Source: Octopus vulgaris (Eukaryota). From it: 64,000 bases of DNA. Below, in pieces: positions 13,095 to 25,915 of the stretch (within the stretch, counting starts at the first letter, position 1; each line of letters begins with the position of its first letter). The position numbers were made by a program, and so were the translations under genes. The stretch lies in NCBI GenBank assembly GCA_951406725.2, contig OX597834.1, positions 43,462,001 through 43,526,000 of the forward strand. Reading direction: 5' to 3'. The notes below the pieces were generated by a model, which saw only the letters and a program-made list of their open reading frames with translations, did no database searches and was not told the origin of the DNA.

Positions 13095-13293
13095 AAGTGG
13101 CTAAGCACTCCACAGACACGCGTTCTCAGAATGGCTGTTTGAAATACATTTACCTCTCACTTTTGCTAACTGAGTGGATGGAAGCATGTAAAATTAAGAG
13201 TCTTGCTCAAGACCACAACGTTCCACCCAGAATCAATCACCTGAGCTTACGAACTTGAACCAGATACCTTAGACACAAATCACCGCATCTTCA
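13095..13293 (-). mobile_element. degenerate SINE family D (CORE-like) copy
   Basis: AAGTGGCTAAGCACTCCACAGACAC...GTCTTGCTCAAGACCACAAC. Confidence 0.6.
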
Positions 13294-15112
13294 GTGGACA
13301 CTGATAGAAATTTGCTGAAGGAGACATTGCGAATTCCTCTCCGCTCCACTACTCCTCCATTTGAAAACACGCTTTCCATTGCTTCAGACATACGAACCAT
13401 TACTCTAAGGACGTAACAATTCTCTCTTTACTTTGAAAGTAATTAAGTCTTTCACACAAGAATTTCAAACTAAAATTACGATAATACCAGAAGTAATTCA
13501 TTCACCGCATTAACAAATCTGACAATTTACAACGCGGGTGTTTTGATGACTTCAACAGTAATCGATCACAAATATTTCCCCTAATCCCACTGGTACTCCG
13601 TCGGTTACGATGAGGAGCACCATTCTCTGAAATGCGGAGAGCGTCTTACTTCCGATTTCTTTCTCGTAACACTGAAAGCAAGTTCTAAAAGATAAATGAT
13701 CTTGGAAGTATGGATACAGTTCGTAGTAAGGGCCTTGCCCTGTGGTCTGGGAACATTACAGGTGACCTAAAAGGGAGAGATGAATGAGCCGTGTAGCACG
13801 AGATCTGTCGTCTGTGAAGAGATGGCCACCGATGGAACAAGATAGAATATAGATCTGGTTCTTCGTAAAAAGAAGTAATCTTTTCTTAAGAAGCACTTTG
13901 TTAATGAAATAAACAAATTTCATTTTTTTCCCAAGCACTGTAAAAGAACCTGGAAGGTTGGACCTCTAACCAAGCCTTTCGTGGTACCCTTAAACCCAGG
14001 GACCTTTCAGCACCTCCCCATTGTACCTATATATTTATTTGGAGTTGGGAATTCAAATTCATTTGAGTCAACATCATTTTAAACTTTATGCTGAGTACAT
14101 TGTGTATGTAAGGCATGTAGCCTTGGTTGAAATTGTAAACATGTATTTGCCATATTCCTAATGTAATTATGTGTGTGCCTTTGTGCATGCGTCTGTGTGT
14201 GTGTGTCTGTATAAATGCGTCTGTGTGTGTGAGCGTGTGCGTAACGAAATATTTGATTGATTAAACTTTACAGCCATCCGTTTATGTGATTATGCGTCTG
14301 TGTGGAGTTTCATATGGAACAATAAAACTGCACTTCCATGTTATTGTAAGCTCAGTGATAAATAACATTAAACTACACTGCTGGAAAGCAGTAAACAACT
14401 GCGATACTTACTTAGCTTGGTATTAATTGAAACATTAGGTTGAAAGGCAAATAAATTCGCCATTGTTTAGCAAGTAGTTTCATTCTGTGCACAACACAGC
14501 GGACTACATTAGAATACACTTTACTATAATTTATATATTATTTTTTATTTCTTACTATTTTAATACATATATTTTATTTGTTGTGTGTTTTCTTTGTTTT
14601 TCATAGAATTCACCAAGAATTACACGCATAACACACAGAAAGAAAAGAAAAAGGGGAAAAGCACTGAAATGTTGGAAATATTTTTGCTGAAACAATGAAA
14701 TCTTTAGAGAGATCTCGAAACAAATACTGTTCATGTCACACGACTGATACTTCTTTGTGAATATGATGAAATTAAAACAGAAAACAAAATAACAGTAAAC
14801 ACAGATGCAATGCAATAATTTATTATGTCTGCAAAGGAAATTGTGTTTCATATAATTTGCCATGCTTTGCTATGCTTTTGCTTCGCTTGCCTTTCTTTCC
14901 ATGAAATCAAACGTCACAAAACATATCAAAAAATAAAGGAAAATAAATAAATAAATATAAATTATAATAAAATCAACTCGTTTGCTACCAAGTAAATTGG
15001 ATGCAAAACAAACGAGTGATAGGATGCTGAACATATGAAATGGAATAACTACTAAACTGTCAAATTGCACTATTAATTAGAATATATGTTATGTAGGTAC
15101 TTAATTGCAATG

Positions 15113-15114
15113 CA

Positions 15115-15163
<49 letters not shown>

Positions 15164-15167
15164 ATAC

Positions 15168-15199
<32 letters not shown>

Positions 15200-15255
15200 G
15201 TGTGTGTGTATACATATATATATATATATATGTGTAGTGTGTGTGTGTGTTTGTA
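15113..15255. repeat. (TG)n/(TA)n microsatellite
   Basis: Direct inspection. Confidence 0.9.
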
Positions 15256-15588
15256 TATTTTAATCATACTGTTTTCGTGTAAAATTATACAAAGGTAACA
15301 AAAGAAATAGAAAAAGAAACAGCTGAATAATAAAGGAAAAAACTGTGACATAAATGAGACTTGAACTCGTGTCTCTTTTATGGACTCCATATATGTGTAT
15401 TTACAGAAATCTTACCGTATTACCCTGTCTCTCCTAAAAAGATTTCTTCTCTTTTAACTTTTTCTTTTTTTTTTTTGAGAGTTTTATCCTATCTCCGCCT
15501 TGTATGCTTGCACAAAAACAAGGTTTACCTTGTAAACATACACACACACACACACACACACGCACCCCCCCCCCCAATATATATATAG

Positions 15589-15836
15589 GGCGACGAGCTG
15601 GCAGAAACGTTAGCACGCCGGGCGAAATGCTTTGTGGTATTTCGTCCGCCGCTGCGTTCTAAGTTCAAATTTTGTCGAGGACGACTTTGCCTTTTATCCT
15701 TTCGTGGTCGATTAAATAAGTACCAGTTACGCACTGGAGCTCAATACAATCGACTTAATCTGTTTATCTGTCCTCGTTCGTCTCCTCTGTGTTTAGCCCC
15801 TTGTGGGTAGTAAATAGGTGTTTCGCCTGCCGCTAC
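15589..15836 (+). mobile_element. SINE family A, full length with 3' internal restart
   Basis: Complete head to tail, followed by GGTGTTTCGCCTGCCGCTAC. Confidence 0.9.
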
Positions 15837-17182
15837 AATCAACCAAACGATCGCATGTTGTTATACACCGCTAATCACAATGCTCTGGACATCGTTTCAT
15901 CTTTCGAATGACACCACACTACTAGCTATGAATGTGAAATATTTAAATGTTGTCTCTATTTAAATATATATTTCTTAATCCTAATATTTCGATGCAGAAC
16001 AAAAGTTAGGAAAATCGCAAAGTTTATAAAACCGTAGATTAATCTGTGAGCCAGCATCCGTGTCTAATCTATTGCCTGCGCTTCATAATTGTACTGAGCA
16101 TTGGCTAAATAATGTCTGCATAAGATTTGTGTTTGACATCTAGTAGAAACAATATTCAGCTAAGCTCATTCGATGATCTTCACCTGTTCTTCAAATATGG
16201 ATTTCAAATTTCACTTTGTTCAAAACCACATCCCGATACCTTGTCGCCCGCAGAGGCCCGTAGCGCTCCACAGTTCTGAAATGTAATGAAACAAATCTTT
16301 ACTCTGATAATAACCGGATGTTTTTTGCTTTCCTTTGCGGTAAAGTAACGTTAAAATCACATCGTCTTCCTCATTTCATCCCAGATTTATAACATCAAAT
16401 AGTAAGATCTTCCCCCTATTTTCTTTTCTCTCTTTTTTTTTTTCGGTGTCTGTGATCCTGCAAAAGATCACGATGAAAAGTATGTTTTGCAATGAAAAAG
16501 CCATGAGAAAAGTATTGAAATACAAACACGTGACTACGTAAATTACGCTAACTCGAGACTTGAAAATTAGGCTTCAGAGTTACACTGAAAAACATTTCAG
16601 CTGAATCGTGTTTTTTACCGAATTAAACAGCGAAATTATTTCATATTTGAAATATAGTTTTTTTGTTGGAATTTCTTTCATATTTTTAAATATCAAATAT
16701 CAGGTTTCTTTCGTTACTCGTATAGACATTTTCATACGATTTTCTTCGCTTAGTTTTTAATATTTTTGGAAGAGATTTGATTCTATATTTTCTTTTCTCT
16801 CTTGTTACATATTCTAATTAAAATACTTTCAACATCAATGTTATACGTAATTATACATAAGCATTAAGATTTTGCTTTAGTATAGTGAGGTCTTTTTTTA
16901 AATTATTCTTATTATTTTTAATATTTTTAAAAAATTTATTGTTTCCCTCGACACATTTTCGTCTGAAATATTTGCTCAATTATTCCATAGCTATGTTTAT
17001 ATATATATAAATAAAATCTAATTAGAGGTCGAATGAGACCTACATATATGAGATTCCTCTCGTTCGCTTCCAGAGCAGGATGTGGCCACCACGCAAATCT
17101 ATAAAAACTTCCCAGCTGGACCACCTAATATTATTGTATATCCATAATTTGGTTGATTATTCAGTTCGTCCTTTTAGGATCT

Positions 17183-17184
<2 letters not shown>

Positions 17185-17216
<32 letters not shown>

Positions 17217-17366
17217 TGTATGTATGTATGTATGTATATATGTATGTATGTATGTATGTATGCATGTGTGTATGTATGTATGTATGTATGTATGTATGTA
17301 TGTATGTATGTATGTATGTATGTATGTATTTATGTATGTATGTACGTATGTATGTGTATATGTATA
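17185..17366. repeat. (TATG)n tetranucleotide microsatellite
   Basis: Direct inspection. Confidence 0.95.
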
Positions 17367-17592
17367 TACGAGGATGATTTAAAAAGTAATGTCATTTTGT
17401 TCAGGACAGGTATATTTACCAACACAGTAAAATGTATCATACATCAAAATGAAGCTGGTCCTCTGTGGACCACATCCCTGCTTCCCAACATAGTCACCGT
17501 TTCTACCAATAGCAATTTTCCACATTCGAATGAGGGCATGTATCCCTACCCCGTAAAATTCTATTGACTGTTATTTGAGCCACTTCTTCACT
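17367..17592 (-). mobile_element. mariner 3' end remnant
   Basis: TACGAGG-type TIR at 17367; minus strand encodes VKKWLK*QSIEFYGVGIHALIRMWKIAIGRNGDYVGK, a mariner C-terminus. Confidence 0.8.
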
Positions 17593-17671
17593 ACTGTTTT
17601 CACTACTGTATTTTTTCACTACTGTAATTTAGCATCTTCAGACTATCATCACTTCGGCCCCCTGCAAAAGG

Positions 17672-17820
17672 TATTGTTGTTATTCAGGTCACTGCTTGGA
17701 ATCGATCTCAAAATCTTGAGGTTAGTAGCCCACGCTCTTAACCACTACGCCATATGTCGTGGGTGTATTCCAAGCAGTGACCTGAACAATAACAATAATG
17801 ATAATAATAATAATAATAAC

Positions 17821-17870
<50 letters not shown>

Positions 17871-18005
17871 CAACAACAACAACAGAAAAATACCTTAGGA
17901 ATGAGAACCCAGGTTCGAAATTTCTCCAGGACACCTGAAGAAGGCTGGAGGGTGTATCAATCGAAACGTTGTGTTAGCAACAAACAAGATGAGGACAAAT
18001 ATCCG
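17672..18005 (+). mobile_element. composite non-autonomous element: inverted tRNA-like head + (AAT)n + PLE-type hammerhead tail
   Basis: Minus-strand box A TGGCGTAGTGG (17742-17752) and box B-like GATCGATTC; 20-bp perfect inverted repeat 17683-17702/17767-17786; (AAT)n 17787-17884; hammerhead 17930-17975. Confidence 0.7.
17930..17975 (+). ncRNA. minimal type I hammerhead ribozyme (Penelope-like element type)
   Basis: Stem I GACAC/GUGUU, core CUGAAGA (17935-17941), extra A, stem II GGCUG/CAAUC (one mismatch, one G-U), GAAA, palindromic ACGU mini stem III, GUU cleavage triplet ending at 17970. Confidence 0.65.
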
Positions 18006-18394
18006 GGGTGTTTGCAGTTGAAGAGCTTTTGAACGTAGTTTTGTTAAGATCTCAGCTGGAACAGCCATCGATGGGATTGTGAGATAAATTCATTCGCTTT
18101 TAGGGGAATTATTTTTCAACTCCTTTCTTAATATTTTAATTTGAATTAAATTGAAAAAGAAAACGTTATCGTTGTGTTTTATTGTGTTTCTTTTCTCTTT
18201 TGCTGTTGATAGATTTATTCTTCCTCTCGACAACTTTTCTTTGTCGTTTGTGAAATTTAAAATCAATTTTACCTTTATTCTGACATTTTACGATGAAGTA
18301 CCAAAGTAGAAAAAACAAACGAACGAATTTTTCTGACACCTGAATATACATTCTATTTTCTGTTTAATATGGACGATGAAGAAATAGACAACTA

Positions 18395-18630
18395 ACGTAA
18401 GGCAAATTTCTGCCCTCCCGTTCGACCTGCTAGACATAGCAACTCCATCCATCTCCCTAATATCAAACCTTTATCTTCTTCGAAAATATTACACACACAA
18501 ACACGCACTCCGTTACAGTTTTAGATACACAAAAAGATGAGGTGGGCACAGTTGGATGCTATTTGATCATAAGTCTTCTTCAAGCAGGCCCGACCCGCAC
18601 CTACGCACAACAACAACAACAACTGCTGCA
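18395..18630 (+). mobile_element. old SINE family E copy
   Basis: GACCTGCTAGACATAGCAAC...TTTGATCATAAGTCT...(AAC)n tail. Confidence 0.5.
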
Positions 18631-19298
18631 ACAACAACCACACATTCTAAAACAACAACAATAACGTGACCTATTGATCATCTGAATAACTTCAAGTCGT
18701 CAGCACTCTTTTGATAAAAACCGTTTGTCCAGCTTTCACTGTTAAATTGGTTGTCTTCTTCAATAATTAGTCCCATACAATACTTGAATATCTACTAATT
18801 GTAGCGGACAACTATTAGTGTAAATTATAATTTTGCAATGCAATATATTTGATAATGGAATAAAATAAATGAATTCAAATTGGAAAATGAAATGACAAGA
18901 ATGGTGCAATGAAGTGAAATGCCGTGAAAATAGACTGATTTCAATGAGACTATTACCACAATTTATTTATTTCTTTATTCTACATAGAACTATGAATAAA
19001 TAGATTTAATTGCTTAACAGTTCAGTGTTCAGTGGTATCGATCAACGGGTTAGCAGCCCTATCGGTTTTTTAGTGTAAGAAGTAGTTAATGATATCGATA
19101 CCCGAACTCGACTGCCACATATTTGATCAATTCTGCAAAGATGATAACTGCAAAATCGACGTCATTCCGCCGTGAGTCGAATTCCTACATCCAAGCATTA
19201 AACACTTCGTGTAAAGATTCTACCGCTTTGTCTGACATTACATTGATTCTTGTTAATTGGTCAACAATGGGTTATATACATTAATTCACTCGTGCCAC

Positions 19299-19400
19299 GG
19301 CGGTGAGCAGCCAGAATTTTTTTAGCACGCCGGACAAAATGCTTAGCAGCATTTCGTCCGTCTTTACTTTCTGAGTTCAAATTCCCGCAAGTTCGATGAA
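19299..19400 (+). mobile_element. SINE family A 5' fragment
   Basis: GGCGGTGAGCAGCCAGAA..TTAGCACGCCGGACAAAATGCTTAGC..GAGTTCAAATT. Confidence 0.75.
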
Positions 19401-19409
19401 GTAAATATT

Positions 19410-19720
19410 TATTTCTTTACTACCCACAAGGGACTAAACACAGAGAGGACAAACAAGGACAGACATACGGATTAAGTCGATTATATCGACCCCAGTGCGT
19501 AACTGGTACTTATTTATCGACCCCGAAAGGATGAAAGGCAAAGTCGACCTCGGCGGAATTTGAACTCTCGTAGCGGCAGACGTAACGCAAACGAAATACC
19601 GCTAGGCATTTCGCCCGGCGTGCTAACGTTTCTGAAAGCAAAGTCGAACTCGGCGGAATTTGAACTCAGAACGTAGCGGCACACGAAATACCGCTAAGCT
19701 GCGCCGACTGTAACGTTTCT
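19410..19720 (-). mobile_element. young SINE family A copy with duplicated 5' segment
   Basis: Near-consensus body; the AAAGTCGA.CTCGGCGGAATTTGAACTC...GAAATACCGCTA segment occurs twice. Confidence 0.9.
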
Positions 19721-19879
19721 GTGTTCAAGTTCTGCGCCGACTGGTTGACTTTATTTTAATCATTTCAGGGTCGATAAAAGAAATACTTATTAAACATTGG
19801 AATCGATGTCATTGACTTACCTCCTTCTCCGAAATGGCTGCCCATGTGCCAAAATTTGCGACCAATGATAACAATACCA

Positions 19880-20560
19880 GTGTATGTGAGACTAACGGGT
19901 TGGTTGCAAAGTAAGGAATTAGTTTTATAATATTTTAAAGTAAAATGTGGGTTTTCTAAATCCATACGCTCTATCTTCAATATTTAGTACTTTTTTGTTT
20001 TCTGTATTGTTAGTCTGATAAGATTAGAAAATTTGATCTGTTTTGGTTTTGTTTCTTTTTTGTAAATCGATCTTAATTGCATAAGATAAGAATATATGGT
20101 ATTTGCGATTATTGATTTGATATAAGTTTTTAGATTTATCTGAAGGAGCAAAAACATTATTGCTACCATTAAATCTTTTCAATTCCAACTTGACGCCCTC
20201 CTACAATTGGTTCAGCTCTTACTTAAAACTTAATGTTCTTCATAATTTTCAACAGATCTTTCGCGAATGTTTATAATAAAATGTTTGGTGGTCGCAGAGA
20301 CATATCAAATTTAAATCCAAAATGTTGAAACTATTCTTCGTCTGTAACGTCTGTATTAAAAAACATAGCTCGCCATTTCAATTTTTTATGAGCTGTGCAG
20401 TCTTTTGAAGAAGATAATTTAAATAAAATTCTTATAGGTCTCTGAAATATTTTTGTAGCAAGATCGAGGTGGCGGTTTTGCATAATTCCGATATAAGAAT
20501 GATGTTTAAAGTACTTTCCTACAATGGGTGTGATAGAATAATTGTAGAATGTACAAGACA
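19880..20560 (-). pseudogene. Penelope-like element (PLE) ORF remnant, N-terminal/pre-RT region
   Basis: Minus-strand translation across frameshifts: KKLKWRAMFF...FQHFGFK...FAKDLLKIMKNIKF...KIERM..NPHFTLKYYKTN, resembling PLE motifs RMRWKAFFF/FGFK/FE.DL..I.NIKF/ITLKDHK.NF. Confidence 0.65.
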
Positions 20561-20898
20561 ACAATGGTTATAAAATATTTAATGTGGTAAGTAAAAGGAT
20601 AGTGAATAAAATAAAGGAGAAAAGTGATTTAATTCAAGAATTCTCTTCTACTTTTAACTCCCCGCTTTATGCTTATACATAAAAAAAATATACAACGTCT
20701 AACATTGAATTACTTTGGGAAAATTTAAAATTTAAATACACAATGAGATCAACGTTGTCTTCCCAAAATAGTTCATAATAATAGTTTTGCATTTGATCTA
20801 CAATTTCTCATAATGTTCTTTAATATAAATTCTAAAACTTAAATAAATTGTTTCAACTTGTAACAAATTTTTAGAGATGTTTAAAACTTTGCCTCTCA

Positions 20899-21328
20899 AA
20901 TCGACCTCGGCGGAATTTTAACTCAGAAAGTAGAGGCGGACTAATTACCGCTAAGCAGTTTATTTTTATATTTTATGCGCCCTTTTCAAGGCTAGCCAGG
21001 CTCATGGGCCCGGTTTCCCAGTTTCTATGGCGTATGTGTTACCTCCAGCTGGACAGGACGCCAGTCCATCGCAGCGTTACTCAAGAAACAGGAAGAAAGA
21101 GTGAGAGAATGTTGGGGCGAAAGAGTACAACAGGGGTCGTTACCAGCCCCTGCCGGAGCCTCGTGGAGCTTTAGGTGTTTTCGCTCAATAAACACACACA
21201 ACGCCCGGTCTGGGAATCAAAACCGCGATCCTCCGACCGCGAGTCCGCTGCCCTAACCACTGGGCCATTGCGCCCCCGCTAAGCAGTTTACCCGCCGGGT
21301 AAACCCATTCTGCCGACTCGTCGGCTTA
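20899..21328 (-). mobile_element. older SINE family A fragment interrupted by a family C insertion
   Basis: TCGACCTCGGCGGAATTTTAACTCAG before the insertion and ATTCTGCCGACTCGTCGGC after it. Confidence 0.75.
20963..21275 (-). mobile_element. SINE family C (tRNA head, V-domain-like 3' part, A-rich tail) with 15-bp TSD
   Basis: Head GGCGCAATGGCCCAGTGGTTAGGGCAGCGGACTCGCGG; GCGATGGACTGGCGTCCTGTCCAG; TSD CCGCTAAGCAGTTTA at 20948-20962 and 21276-21290. Confidence 0.9.
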
Positions 21329-21359
21329 AAGTTACTATGTACAGATTTCCCGCCTACGT

Positions 21360-22102
21360 GTTTCAAGAGTTTTCAAACAAATTATAATGCTTGTAATTTT
21401 ATTCCCAGATGTTTCACATTAAACACATGCCTAAAAGATTGATACGGCACTTCTGATTTTCGGTGTGACGATAGTGAGAGAAGAGTTGATGTGAGGCCTG
21501 TGTATTGATCAGTATATGCTTGCAACCTGAAATTATCCGACTCATGTAACCCACAACCGATTGCAGACATCATTTCATCGAACCGTAGACACTGAGACAC
21601 TTATCTTTGGTTCATGCATGCCATGGTATCTGTATCTAACATGAATTCTATGTGTAGGTATTCTAAAGGCCTCTTATAAGTTGGCTGAGAATACGCTGCT
21701 AAGGAAAATAGGCCCTAAGACAAAACCCTGTTGCTCACCATTTGTAACAGCAAATGCTACAGACATTTCCGTTGCTCCCAACAGCCACTAGCGCACCAAT
21801 ATGAAATTGGACGCACCATATGCACGAACATGGGTTGACGACTATATTTAGCGAGGACTCTCTTTAAACCATCACAACTCATTTTGTTAAACGCTTTTGT
21901 GAGTTCAACAGAGGTTTTACACGGAACCTGATTTTGTTCCTTACACATTTTTCTGAATCAGTTTCCCCGTGTAGTTCATATCCGGATTGTCCTTTCTACA
22001 AGGAATGCAACCTTGGCTTTCTGGCAGCAGATTTTGTTTTGTTAGATAATAATTGAGTCGATTCAGAAGAATTATTGCCAAAGTTTTTGCCAGCAATCGA
22101 CA
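21360..22102 (-). pseudogene. RTE-clade LINE reverse transcriptase fragment
   Basis: Minus strand: LSIAGK, LPESQG, CKEQN, SVELTKAFN (FVDLTKAFD), AFAVTNGEQQGFVLGPIFLSSVFSA (VTNGVKQGCVLAP). Confidence 0.85.
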
Positions 22103-22104
22103 AA

Positions 22105-22800
22105 CTCACACACATTCACACACACACACACACGCACACGCGGTCAAACGTACGTTGATGCGAACACGCGGATACACATAGACACGTTGACGCGCACATA
22201 CGCACGCACACACGCACACAGACACACAACACACACATCACACACATACACACGCACACATACACATTCATACACACGTTGACGCGCGCACACTAACACA
22301 AACACATACACACACACTTATACACACGCTGACGCGGACACACAGATACACACACATACACATGCACATCCATACACACGTTGATGTACACACGCGCGCG
22401 CACACATACGCACGCATACGCACTCATGCACACGTTTACGCGCATACACATATACGCACACATCTTGACGCAAACAGACACACGTTTCTTTGGCACACAC
22501 AGAGAAACATTCGTCGACGAGAGGAGCACACTGACAATCACACACACACACACACACACATACATTCTCTCTCGCTCACACACATTCACGCACACAAACA
22601 CGTGTGTGCGTAGATGAGGACACACATGTTAACACACACACACACACATTCACGCACACAGACATGTGCGTGCGTAGATGAGGGCACACACACGCGTTGA
22701 CACACACACACACATCCAAGGGTTGACGCACTCAAAAATACTCAGTCACGCACACGCACACATATGTTGACACTCCGACGCGCACACGCGTATGTATGTA
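22105..22800. repeat. degenerate (CA/CG)n tract with recurring CACGTTGAC
   Basis: Direct inspection. Confidence 0.85.
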
Positions 22801-23353
22801 CATTTGCATAGGCTTTAGTGTGAGAGTAAATTTAACACATACACCACGTGATCTTCTATGCCTATCTGTGTCCAACGGACTAATTTCCTTGAGTTGATAT
22901 TCATGGCAACAAGTGTTTCATCTTGGTGAACAGAGATACTTAAACAGAATTTTTTTTTTCTAAATCTTCCGTAAATTTCAATTATAAGAGAAATTCTCAT
23001 CGCCAATTATTTTTTATTTAAGCAAATGTACGGTCAGATGCTATGGGGGACAACTACAGGAGACTCTCATTAAAATGTCTCCAGTTGCGCTTTGATCAAA
23101 CCAGCAGCATATAGTACTTATTGCACAAGGTCCAACAAATATATTTATAAGAAAGAACATTTGAGAGATTTCCAACGCATATTAACAGAATTATAATCAT
23201 CCTTATCCAAACTAGAATCTATTTATTACAAAATGTTACTTTGGCGTTTTATAGTTATCTCTGTAGAATATTAAAGAAAAGTTTCTAAAAACATGAGATT
23301 GACCATATGTGTATCTAGGCGTAGGAGTTGTCGTGTGGTAAGAAGCTTGTAAA

Positions 23354-23603
23354 GGAGGCGAGCTGGCAGAAACGTTAGCACGCCGGGCGAAATGCGTAGC
23401 CGTATTTCGTCTGTCGTTACGTTCTGAGTTCAAATTCCGCCGAGGTCGATTTTGCCTTTCATCCATTCGGGATCGATAAATTAAGTACCAGCTACGCACT
23501 GGGGTCGATATAATCGACTTAATCCGTTTGTCTGTCCTTGTTTGTCCCCTCTGTGTTTATCCCCTTGTGGGTAGTAAAGAAACAGGTATTTCGTCTGCTG
23601 CTA
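23354..23603 (+). mobile_element. SINE family A, full length, directly after a family B head (23318-23349)
   Basis: Near-consensus; ends GGTATTTCGTCTGCTGCTA. Confidence 0.9.
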
Positions 23604-23939
23604 TATATGTATGTGTATATCGTCAGCATCCAGTTCCATACTTCTTAACCTTTGTCGTCCAAACAAAATGATTTTTGGGAACGTTTACCGCAGTCTACGG
23701 CGTTATAAATACGACATCTTATTTAGGTTCTATGTTTATTAATACACACTCAATCGCTCAGAAACACGCACTCACACATACAGACACACAATCCCCCACA
23801 CACACACATACACACACTCTCATACTCATATCCAATTTGTCACATATTTGCATACGTATTATAAATTATTTAGTTTCTATATAAAAACGAATAGTATAAT
23901 TATTGTAAATGTATTATTTCTGATAGCTTGTGCTATATT

Positions 23940-24245
23940 AACATTATATATATATATTTATATTTATATAATGTATATATATATATTTATATATATATAT
24001 ATTATATATATAATTTATGTATTTATAAATATATATATAAATCTCTATATATATATAATGTATGTATTTATATATATATATATAGATATATATACATATA
24101 TACATGTATATATATATATATATATACACAGACACACACACACACACAGACACGTATATTAACATACTTCTAACATTGTTTATCAGTCAATTGTCTAACG
24201 AATAATTTAAATGTTATGTCTTCAGTAGTTTTCTCTAATAGACCA

Positions 24246-24299
<54 letters not shown>

Positions 24300-24306
24300 T
24301 CACACG

Positions 24307-24339
<33 letters not shown>

Positions 24340-24350
24340 CACATATACAT
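23940..24350. repeat. (TA)n and (CA)n microsatellites
   Basis: Direct inspection. Confidence 0.85.
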
Positions 24351-24582
24351 ATATAGGTGGAAGCAGTATATGAATATAGATAAGCAAATATGAATCAGTC
24401 GACACTCATTAGTACCAAATCGCATGCGTAAAATACTTAAGTGGAATACAAACTCGGTGAATAGATGACGATTCTGTTTGCCGTTCAGATGCTGCAAGAA
24501 CACCGCCATCTTGGTTCTTTCGCCGATGACAACATCACCGCTAGATTAACTGCAGCTACAATTTTCAGTCTATTACATATGT

Positions 24583-24826
24583 ATTTGCAGATGACTGTTA
24601 GATTTTATGTGTGTTTTTTAATTGTTTTTGCATGTTTCAGTCATTAGACTGCGGCCAGGCTGGGGCACTACCGTGCAGAAGTATAAAATAGAACGTATTG
24701 ATTGCAGTAGATTTTTGAAATCGATTTTATAGCTTGGTACTTATGCTATCGGTGTCTTTTGTCGAACCGCTAAGTTACGAAGATGTAAACAAGCCAACAC
24801 CGGTTGTTATGCGTTGGTGGGGGGAC
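24583..24826 (-). mobile_element. SINE family B 3' half
   Basis: TGTTTCAGTCATTAGACTGCGGCCA..GAACCGCTAAGTTACG. Confidence 0.7.
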
Positions 24827-24829
24827 ACA

Positions 24830-25915
<1,086 letters not shown>

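Noticed and set aside
13620-14032. Decayed Tx1 LINE 3' end
   Set aside because: Only a vague resemblance (LSSVKRW, CTCCCCATTGTACC); insufficient without alignment
17695-17760. Functional tRNA gene (also heads at 21205-21275, 45085-45155 and 50591-50660)
   Set aside because: No proper acceptor stem, and each head is fused to a repeat body; these are SINE-type heads
18010-18040. TTGAAGAGC...GAACGT as a second hammerhead in tandem with 17930
   Set aside because: Core and stems are too degenerate to support
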